64,000 bases of DNA from Podarcis vaucheri (taxonomy: Eukaryota): the NCBI GenBank assembly GCA_965113315.1, contig OZ220363.1; one strand, 5' to 3'. The position numbers and the translations under genes were made by a program. The notes beneath the pieces were generated by a model, which did no database searches, had not been told where the DNA came from, and was given only the letters and a program-made list of their open reading frames with translations. Below are positions 38,964 to 49,458 of this stretch, piece after piece. Within the stretch, counting starts at the first letter, position 1; each line of letters opens with the position of its first letter.

Positions 38964-39212
38964 ATATTAGACAAATGCTTGGAGTATAAGGCTGTCAGCG
39001 GCTACTAACTGTGATGGCTGTATACTACATGCAAGATCAGAGACGGCATGCTTCTGAATATCATTTGTTGTGGAATAGCAGCAGGAGAGTTCTCCCAGGC
39101 TCAGGACATCCTTGTGGGCTTCCTAAAGACACCTGATTGTTCAGGTGGGAAAACAGGATACTGAACTGGGCATTCCTTTCATCTGATCCAGTCAGGCTCT
39201 CCGTTTGTTCAT
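38964..39212 (+). mobile_element. CR1 LINE 3' UTR fragment
   Basis: attagacaaatgcttggag...ctgatccagtcaggctct; similar to 5658-5950. Confidence 0.6.
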
Positions 39213-41137
39213 ATTCGTACAGTTGGTAAGGTTGTTGTACTTGGGGAGGAGGTGTTAGTGAAAGAAGCTGTGCCATGTTGTATTTTCTGTTGTGCTCTCT
39301 TTTTCTTCCTCATCATTGTTTTTAAACTAGTCTTCCGCTTTTGTGGCTTAGTCGCTGCTCATTTCTGTTTGCTTGTTTTCCTTCACTGATTCTCAGTCCC
39401 TATCCCACTGGAGCTCACATTTGCTCCCATTCAATTTACTGAAACATGAAGTTGCTTTATTGGACTTAAGAGCTGATAATCCTTAAAATGGGTAACTGGG
39501 AGTTTATGACTTGGTATCCTCTGCCTGAAGCTTTGTGCAAATCCATTCATCCATTTAAAACATCAGCTTCTGTTCTCCTGTTTGGAAGCTTTTTCTTCTA
39601 AAAGAGAAGGCTTAGAAGATTTTAATTTAAACTGAGAGGTGCCACTACCTGAATGTGTTTTAGAAGTTGCACATATGCTGAAATCAGATCTGAGAGGCTT
39701 GAAACTATCTTAATAAACCTTGGAAGATAAGTCTTTGGTTTGATACTGTACTCTCTGTTCTGGAGAGGAGCACTGATGGTTTGAAGCTGATGTGCTACAC
39801 CTGCTGTAACTTCTGTAGCCACAGAAATTGCCTTCCCCCAGCTCTGCCACTGAACTTAAATTAATGAACGGAGCTTTCATAGAGTACCCTCTCTATATAA
39901 ATATAACTCTGTCTTATTCAAATTAACTTTGAAACTCCCAAATTGTCCTTGGTGCATAGCTATAAACCAGAAATGAGTACAGCATATTGAAGTAGATGTC
40001 TGGTTGAGAGGAAATACCACCAGAATTACCGAAACTATAAATTCCATTTGGTATATCCTTTGATTTGTGTTTCATATTCTAAAATAATCAGCTCTGAAAT
40101 ATTTTTTTAATAAGGCAAGAAAAGTATTTTTAATAGCTGAACAAATCACGCGTTGCAGAAGCTGCTGTCTTTGAGATGGCAAATCCTTGCACCATTCTTC
40201 CCGATCAGGAGTGAAGAGATACATTGAGAGTTTTCCCCTTTGTGCTTGTCTGCACTGTTATCAAATGCAGGTAGTAAAATAAATTGTAATGAAAAGTGAA
40301 ACTGTCTGAATTGATGCAGCAGGAGCAAACTTATACATTCACTTCAGTTCTTATTTACTGAGATAAAAGTGGTCGGGCTCCACAGGTGAAAATCACCTCT
40401 GTCTCCCTCTGTCTCTGTTTCATGCAAAACCCACTGATCCAAAACAGAGCTGGTAGATCAAGTTTATATTTTGCCAGTCTCAAATCGCTGTTTTCAGAGA
40501 TTTCAGCACACACAAAACATGATTGCCTGAGAATAACAACAACCTCTATATTTTTTTCTTGGTTCTTGTAGCATTAAGTTGTATTGCCTTTTTTCCTAGA
40601 AGACCGCTGTGACTGTAGAGATGACAGATAATCTCTCAAATGGATTTGATAGCTTTTCATTATTAAAAGCTTTTTTGGCACTCTCCTTCAAGACTGAAGG
40701 GAGTTGGTGTCTTGGAAAAGAGAATATTGGACTGTGTTTTAGTAAACCAGGTCAGTGGCTTACTTGGTCAATTCCATTGTCTATGTAACTTGCTTAGTGA
40801 TTTCTGGTCTAATAGGGATGAGTTTGGTTTCTGGAAGGTTTGTTCCTCCTGTCTGCATGATAGTGTCCATGTCCCCAGTTTATTGTCACATCTTAACCAA
40901 TTTGACATTCATGCTACCATGAATTTTACCATGCATGTAAAATGGCAGGGGGTTTGAGGTACAGGGGAATTTGTGGAGTTGAAAGATAATTTTTATACGT
41001 TTTGTGAGGATATTTCTGTCAAGTGGATTAATGAAATAAATGAATTTGGCTTGCTTCCTTTGGCTCAGGTGCAGGGTGTCTTTCCTGCAATCCAACAGCA
41101 TTACTTTGTGATTCTTTTGGATGTAATGTCTATACAA

Positions 41138-42182
41138 GTGTGGGATAGCTCAGTCTGTAGAGCAGTGTTTCCCAACCTTTTTTGGGCAACGGCACACCTG
41201 TTTAATGAAAAAAATCTCGCGGCACACCACCATTACAGCCCCGTGACGTCAGCGCGCAGCGTCACGCCGGGAGGGACGCACAAAAGTGAAAGTTTTCAAT
41301 TTTTTTCCCTCCCCCTTGCCGGGGAACCTCCAAGCTTTGGGGGTGGGGGGGGGGAAACCTCCAAGCTTTGGCAGGGGCAGGGAATGAGAGCCGCGAGGCG
41401 GGCGCTGCAGACGGAGGTGCTGCCCGCCGAGCTCGCAGCTCGCCCGTCGAAGCCTGCACGATCACCCGCCGCGGGGAGCCGGGGGCGGCGGCGCGGTTGC
41501 CGGGCAGCGGCGGGGGTGGTGGTGGCGGTGGCTGCTTGCTGCCCTCCTGGGCGGAGGCGGGCACGGTGGGCACCGGCATGGCCAAGGGCCCCTGCTTGGT
41601 GCCGTCGGATGTGGGAGCTCGCTCGCCGCCCCGCGTGTGCTCGCCGAGCGGCGATAGGATGTAGCGAGCGGCGATGGGGCTAGCCGGAGAAGAGAGGGCG
41701 AGCCCCCTCCGCTCTGGCCCTAAAAAGGGCAAGCCACGCCCCCTCCAGCCAGCCAGGAGGCGTGGCCAGATGGGATTCCCCTGCTCTCGCGGGGGCTGAG
41801 ATGGGATTCCCCGCTCACGTGGGGGCGGATGGGATTCCCCGCTCACGTGAGGAAGGGCGTGATGCCCGCAACCCCACCTCCTGGGGCAGGCCCAGTAGCG
41901 AGCGGATCCGCAGGCCCAGTAGCGAGCGGCGATGGGATGTGGGAGCTCGCTCGCTCGCCGCTGCCGCCCTGCCTCTCACCGCCTGACTCGCCCGCCTCCA
42001 CGGAACACAAGGCAAAGTTCCACGGCACACTAGTGTGCCGCGGAACACCGGTTGGGAAACACTGCTGTAGAGCTTGAAACTCTAAATCTCAGGGCCTTGG
42101 GTGGAAGATTCCTGCATTGCAGGGGGTTGGACTAGATGACCCACATGGTCCTTTCCAACTCTACAGTTCTTTGATTCTATGA
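41138..42182 (+). mobile_element. tRNA-Lys/CR1-tail SINE split by the hAT insertion
   Basis: 5' piece gggatagctcagtctgtagag (to 41162) rejoins cttgaaactctaaatctcaggg...gattctatga (42073-42182). Confidence 0.8.
41163..42064. mobile_element. Non-autonomous hAT (Charlie-like) DNA transposon, 902 bp, CpG-rich interior
   Basis: Perfect 15-bp TIR CAGTGTTTCCCAACC / GGTTGGGAAACACTG; perfect 8-bp TSD CTGTAGAG at 41155-41162 and 42065-42072; subterminal CGGCACAC/CGGAACAC repeats. Confidence 0.93.
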
Positions 42183-43390
42183 AAATGGACAGTAGACTGG
42201 ATGTACTTAAGTCAAGGCCATATTTTAGGGAGTAGAGGATCTTAGAAACCTTCTCATAAAGCAAATTTAATTGCAGACCAAATCAGGCTGATATGAGGGT
42301 CATGAAGTGTGCACAACCATAGGCTACAACACAGTTTCCAAGACTCTGGGCTTGCAGTGTTTCTTTATTATGCTAGGAGCCACTGGTGCAATGCAGATAC
42401 TGTAAACTGCAACTCCCATCATATCTTACCATTGGCCATGGTGGCTGGAGATGATGGGAGATGTAGTTCAAAACATTTAGAGGGCGACATGTTTGCTTAC
42501 ATCCCATGCAAATTATCTAATGCTTTGTGAGAATGATCCTATGCCCATGTGGTTGAACAGATCCTGCCCCCACACTCAGTTCATAGTGAACATATTGACT
42601 ACCATTCTTTCCAGTCTTACGGAACTAAGGGTGGAATTTGGTGTTGCACTGTTAGAAATCAGCTTGCCAAATGAAACAACCCCCCCCCCCTTCCCTGTGG
42701 ACTGTTCTGGGGGTTCTTGTGACCCCCGGAGCCAATTTCAAGGGGGCAGGGGGGAATTCCCATTGCACAAGCAGAAGCCCTTCCTCGGGGCTTCTGCTGA
42801 TGGGGTTCATTAGGTGAATTCTGCCAATGATCTTCCTTATTTTTTCATACTAGTTTGGGTATTTTATATTTGTGACCAAAAACTTGAGATCATATGCTAG
42901 AATGAAAGATTAACATTTGGTATGACAAGTAATTTTATCCCCATAGGCAATAAAGTGTCTCATATCTGTGACTGACACAAGTTTGTTGGCCTGTCAGTTA
43001 CAAGTTGATCCCATCCAAATTCAAGTTCTGTCACATTCACTTAATTTTAGTTAATTGTAAGATTAATCTTTTCAGGCTAGGTATCAGTATGCATAATAAG
43101 TTGTCTTCCCATAGAGCTGTGGGGAATGAAAACTAGAGAACCTTTCACAACAAGAAGATGATCTCTTCCTTTGACATAGCAAACAGCCTTTGTTTCTCTT
43201 TCATTCTTCAGGATACATGTCTAGAGACTATTGCTAATATCAATATAGTATGCCAACACAATAAATCTTCAGGTTCTAAAAGCCTCTTCTTATCTCATTC
43301 TTGTACGCCAGTACATATTTTAGCACTTGGCATGATGTTTTCTAAAGCAGAATCCATTAGTTAGAGGTCAGATTCTTATTTTTAGGTTCA

Positions 43391-43626
43391 ATCATAGAAT
43401 TGTAGAATCTTAGAGTTGGAAGGGACCCCAAGAGTCCTCTAGTCCAACACCCTGCAATGCAGGAATCTCAGCTAAAGCATCCCTGACCTTTGCTAAAAAA
43501 CCCTCCAAGGAAGGAGAGTCCACCACCTCTCGTGGGAGTCTGTTTCACTGCTGAACAGCTCTTACCGCCAGAAACTTTTTCCGAATGTTTAGTTGGAATC
43601 TCCTTTCTTGCAACTTGAAGCCATTG
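43391..43626 (-). mobile_element. CR1 LINE 3' end
   Basis: atcatagaattgtagaatcttagagttggaagggacc... is the reverse complement of a CR1 (ATTCTRTG)n-type tail, continuing into the ORF2 end. Confidence 0.85.
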
Positions 43627-46313
43627 CAACATTGAAATGGAAACAGCCAGTCTTTTCTTGCTGCATTTGCTAGAGACAAAGTTTGCCTATTACAAACTTA
43701 ACCACATAGCATTTTAAATACACAAACACAACTTTTTATGTATGTTGAACTTATATCCTTAAGATGAACTTCATGGTTTTTCGACTTTTTTATTGTGCAA
43801 CTGAATATTATATGGATTCAATGCATTCTCTTGATTTATATATTTGTATAGTTTTGTTCTGAAGCTCCTGTCTCACATCCACACTGTAATATAAGGATGA
43901 AAGCAAACCAGCTATTTAAGTGCTAATTTATGGGGCTTTGTGTGGTTTCTTTATTCCTGACCATAACTATGCAATATAATGGCGACCTTTGTGCTCTGGA
44001 GTAATTGAGGGAAATGGCATGATTTAATTGATTTGGTTGAACTTATTCTTTTTTCTGTTAATTAAAAGTTCCAGGGTGTGTAGCGTGTAGCTCAGATAAA
44101 GTATGGGAGTTCAAATGCAGGGCAGTGCTTGGTGACACTCAGGCTTTGGGGAAGGAATGTGAGATGGCTGGTTAAGAAGTCAGAGCTGGTTCAGCATTAA
44201 TGCCAGAGCAGCTTTGCATTGACATTGGAGGTTGCACAGGGCACTGGCAATCTTTTTTAAATGATGAAGAGGGAATACACTGTGTATAACGAAAGCAGTT
44301 TATCCATGTGTCCAAGTATCTAATTTAGCATTCCCCAGTAATACATCACATTTTCAGGGCAATTGTATGTACTCTGATAATTTGATAATGGTACTTGCTG
44401 TATGGGGAGAAAGCAAAGTCAGAAGCAGCCAGTTTCTAGGTTATACTTCCGAAGGGCTGCCTATGCATCAGCTTTAGGTAAACAAGAACTTCCAATGGTA
44501 AGGCTTGTAAGTCACTGCAAACCTGCAGCATGGGACTTTCTGTCCCTTTCCTGTATCTCTGAGAAATTCCTTATTGTTCTTATAGTACATCCATCACTCT
44601 CACTGCTCAGAATATGCAAATGTTTGCATGAATATTTCAGCAATGAAACTACAGCTAGAAGTAGTATTCTGCCAATGCTACATGTTTTAGAAGGATATAA
44701 CATCAAACTAAATCTCTCACGTTATCAGGCTGGTTTCTTAAGCTTTTGATTGGAACCAGCTGGAGGAGCCTTCTAGTAGAAAAGGTGAGTGGCTTGGAAG
44801 GTTCTTACGAAGAGACCTTGAGTTATACTCCTAGTCAAGCATACTAGTTAACCAAATAGATCAACATAAACATTATTTGTAGGATTATGCTGAATGTTCT
44901 CTCATTTCAGTTTTGAAGTAAAGCAGTGCTTTCATGATGGGCAAAATATACCTGCCCAGAGAAAAACAACCTTATGTATGTTCACATTATTTTGAACCTC
45001 TTAGCAGCGAATGGCAGCAGTTTGTGCCTTTTTTTCCTTTGTAGGTCTTCTTTCCTTTGTAGTGGGATTTATTTAGGTCTTCTTTTTCCTTAATAGAGCC
45101 ATTCATATAATGAATGGATGACAATGCTATGTAACCAATGTGTTTTGCTATGTAGCTAATGTGTTACTATTTCTGATAATCCCAAATAGCTAATATTACT
45201 AAGCAAAAGCCAATCAAAGTCAATTCGTAGTGCTGCTTCTTTGATTACTCAAATGGTGATTTTAGCTCAGGGATCACACCCTACAGAACAGAACTGCATG
45301 ATGGTGCTGCTGTGAATCCAGTCATACCTAGCTACATGTTGATGTCTGTGAGAGAACACAAATGTCATCCAGAGTGAGAGGGTAGCACTTCCTGAATAGC
45401 TGAGGAATTCTGTCCACTTTTGAAGCAACCACTGAAGCTTTGCCTAATGCATGGAGAAAGTTTTAATAATGGCAAAAATGTTTAACAAAAAATATCCCTA
45501 CTTAGTGCATAAAGGGGGATTAGATTAGAGAGAGGGAAAAAACTGGCTAAAAGCAACACTACTGAATGAAGGCTACTAGGGTACAATCCAGCCCAAGTAA
45601 AGTCTGTTTACATCTAGTTGATTTTAATGAGGCAGACTTAAGTCTTTGATTACTTCTATTGAAATAAATTAGACTTAGAATTTGTCATATTTGTGCTTTT
45701 ATTTGTGGCCTTGCAATGTAGTTTGCATTAGCTAGAGTCATCCTCTTAGTTTTTTCAGTGGTTTGGAATTCTAAAGGACATTCCATTGTCCTTGATCTGC
45801 TACTGTTAAACTCATTGGCTCAGCTGTGATACAGACAGATCTTCTCCTTCAGTTCCGCCATAGTCTTCCTTCCCTTCGTCTATGGGAGAAACAGTAACAA
45901 ACTCTGCACCCCAAGGCAGCTTCAGTCAGCTAGCCATTGGCAGAGAGCTGACAGTCCCTGCAATTTGCAGCAGTAGCTGTGCCACCAGAGGCCATGTGAA
46001 ATGGCTCATAGTCATGAATCATCCCTTCCCTACAGCAGTAACAGCCAAGCTGAAACTGTGCTGAATTCTGCAGGTGAACTCTTTGGCTTAACTGCTGCCA
46101 TTCTCTGCTGGACTGCTTGCCTCAGAAGGTCTGCTCCTCCTTTCAACTTGTTAAAGAGTTAGATCATGCACAGAGAACCCTTATAATCCACTGTCACTTT
46201 TAGACTGTCCAAGTAAAATACACTAGTAAGACATATGGCAGGAGACCGTGTGTTCAGAATAGCAGTGATTTGAAGCCACAGGAGGGGAGAGTGCTCTTGT
46301 AGCTCTTGAAAAC

Positions 46314-46771
46314 CAGTGGTTTTCAAGCAATGTGCTCTGGCATCCTGGGGTACCTTGAATGATGGTCAGGGGCGTCTCAGGCGAGACTGGCCTCTGTCCC
46401 TCTTCCCTTCCCTTCCTCTTCTGATGCCCTCTTGCGTCTCTGCCTCCCAAAGGCTTGCACAGCTGTTTATTGCAGCAGCCCTGGCTAGAAACTCCAGAAA
46501 TAAATGGTGCCTCTGGGAGGCACCTTTCTTTGGGATGGGGGGGCGCATCCCAGAGACCTGCAGCAGCAGCTGCCCAGAGGGCTCTCAAGGAGAGGCGAGA
46601 GGAGGCTGAGAGAAGACTCCACAAGGGAGGGTGTTTGAAAAAGAGTGGGAGAGGATGCCAGCTCTGCAGGCAAGGGGTAACATAACTGGGCTCCTGAGCC
46701 CCACAGGAGTGCCACAAAAAGAATGCAGTTGGTCAAGGAAGTCGTGGACTCAAAAAGGTTGAAAACCTCTC
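46314..46771. mobile_element. Older hAT-like non-autonomous element
   Basis: Left end CAGTGGTTTTCAA, right end TTGAAAACCTCT; GC-rich interior; no TSD recovered. Confidence 0.5.
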
Positions 46772-48844
46772 CCTCAGTCAGTTGAACCTGTTAAGTAAAT
46801 ACCATCAACCCCACAACGAGAATATGACCACACTGGCAGAGCCCTCACTCGATAAAATACTATGTTGTGGGTATATTTATTTCTTTTCAGGGAACATATG
46901 AATACTTTATGGCGATATTAACACACGTTCCATTCTTAAATTGCATATATGTTCATACATGTCAGTAGATTATCTTTAGCTCTGAGAAAGCCTTGCCTGG
47001 TTGTTGAATCATTTTCTAACATGCAGACTTAGGCACCTGCATACATTAAAAGCTGTATTCTTCTGTTAAGTTTGCTACCCAAATTATACAGTTGCATGTT
47101 CACCTGCAATCTGTGTCCTTGTAACTAGAAAAAAACCATATGTGAGCTTGTGTGCTAATTTTCTATATGAAGAAGTAGCACCTTGTGTTATTTCTCTTGC
47201 TTAGGAAAAGCATTATTTAACAATGCCGTCAATGTAGCTTGAAGCCCAGAATGACCATAGCCCATGCTTTGATCCCTCTTGCTGTAGGCACTTTAAGATT
47301 GGAGAGTCTTGGGTATTTCTTCCTGGGGAAGTTGGAAGGAAAATGCCACAATATATGTCTAAACCAGCTTTGTTTCCCTTATTGCCTATACCAAAGTGAG
47401 CAAGAGAGTTTTGTGTTTGTATCTTGGTTATAGTTTATTACAACCAAGCTAGTTTATCATTGCTATTCCACATTTCTGTTTAATAACAATTGATAATAGT
47501 AAATCAAAGCAGCTTACACTGACATTAAATTTATCAACATAAAAGCAAATATAAGAAGACATGCCCATGAAAACAGTACAGTGACAATAATAAAAGATCA
47601 CTTTAAAGACACGGGCTTTGATCCAAGCGTACCCTTTTATTCACGGAATCAAGGAGCGAGTGTCAGTAATGTCACATTCCATGCTGTTCTGGAGGGTCCC
47701 TCAAATACATGTTCAGGGATGCACTAGGTTGAAAGAGGACTTTGTGAAAATTGTCCCCCCTACACTACCATTTCTGGGTGCCAGGAGACCCTTTCCCCAA
47801 GTGGAATTCCACTCCAACCTTATGAAGTGAAGTTAGTTTAAAAATATAACCCAAAATAGCATGTATGTCTTTCTGCACTTCCTTAAAAAATGTACATTCC
47901 TTTTTTAGTAAGTGTGATATCTCTTTGATTAGGTTACTTAGGAAACCAGTTCACCTGAAGGAGATGGGACCTCTCATGCTGCTGTTAATGACTTTTGGTC
48001 ATTTGCTGTGTTTTGTTTTGCTTTGAGGCAGAGTTCCAAAGAGTGTTTTGTTTGAAGTATACGGTAATTTCACTATGGTTTTTGTGGAGAATAGAAAGTA
48101 AACCAGATTTATTCTTTAACTGCAAGCCACGTCCATGACTTTTTCATGTGAATAAGAACTTGATCGATATGCACTGGAATAAGAATATTTCTAGTGAACT
48201 GCATTAAATTGATGAACATACCCTATGGGGAAATGCTTTTTTGTTTCTGTGTAATTCCATTACTTAATTATGGGAAAGCCTGCTATGTTAAAATTACACT
48301 GCTCAGGTTTCATGAGAGACTGTTAACACTTGGCTACTTCCCTGCCAGCTTGCATAATAATTAGCTTCACGCAGAGTAAAATAGCGGGACTTCAAATGAA
48401 GTAAATATTGCTGGGCACGAGCAGGATCTGATATCACATTTTATAGGGTCAGTTAGAGGAAAACAGATTGCTAGTTCTGTCTGTTAGAAATCACCGGGAT
48501 GAGTTCACAACAAATACTCTTATTCTTTACACTGTGCTCAACTTCCCAGTAACAATTGACCATCCTACATCCACTGTTGTGCAGCAAACTGAAGCAATGT
48601 GATTTGTCTTGTCTTCAGTTCAGTATGGTTTTAAATACCGTTACTCAGGAGCCACCCCGTTCCCAAGTTTGCCTTGTGAAAATACATCTAATGGGATGGG
48701 GTGCATGCTTAATTGAAATGAATGAGGCAAAGTGGCATGGACATACAGGATGAAATCTTTGTCAGAGAGCAAGATTTTTAATTATTTGATGGGCAGTATT
48801 GTTCTGTTGAACTGCTGAGTCTTCCTCAATCTGCTGCGTCTGTT

Positions 48845-49250
48845 GGCTATGTTCAGATGACACAGTTAACTTGTTTACGGAACAAGCTTTAGGCTTTGGC
48901 TCTGTGGCCTACCAAGCCCTAAACTGCTGTTAATCTTTACTATGGTTTGTTGAAATAAGCCAGCTTTAAACTAATTATTTAAAGTTAGCTTGTTTCATAC
49001 AAACTGTAGTAACCCTTGGACTAACCGTTTGGACTAAAAGGCAAGGTGAATCAAAAGTTTACAAGTGAAAATAACTTGGTTTTGTAAACAGCAGGACTCT
49101 GTACTCTGGTGCAGATGTAACACTGGCTATTACCAAACCATCCTTTGCATATTGGTAGCCAGCCTTCAGTTTCCCCTTGGTTTCCTTAACCTTGGTTGAC
49201 CATTACTTCTGCACTAGTGCTAACCAGGGTTCACATGTGATGCTATTCTG
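48845..49250. mobile_element. Possible degenerate Harbinger-like palindromic MITE
   Basis: Starts ggctatgttcagatg; internal inverted repeat tatggtttgttgaaataagccagc...gttagcttgtttcatacaaactgtag; a related piece near 13160-13345 ends gtctgaatgcagcc. Confidence 0.35.
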
Positions 49251-49290
49251 TACGTAAGGCAAACAGAAGAATGGATGGAATACCTAAATG

Positions 49291-49458
49291 CAGTGTTTTG
49301 TTTTTTTCTAAAAAAAAAAATGTTTAGGGCAAAACTCTCATATTGAAACTCTCATTTTCCTACTCATATTAAAATACTGCTCCTCAATGAGGCCAAACTT
49401 AGATTCACAAAATGTTATGGGGTATGCGTACCCCTGCATACCCCCAGAAAAAGCACTG
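49291..49458. mobile_element. hAT MITE
   Basis: Ends CAGTGTTTT...AAAAAGCACTG; perfect 8-bp TSD CCTAAATG at 49283-49290 and 49459-49466. Confidence 0.85.

Noticed and set aside
40973-41683. 236-aa plus-strand ORF and other overlapping ORFs at 41.2-42.1 kb as a nested gene
   Set aside because: The ORF runs across intron, SINE and hAT boundaries, and long ORFs arise easily in very GC-rich DNA. Only the minus-strand segment looks coding, and it is treated as cargo.
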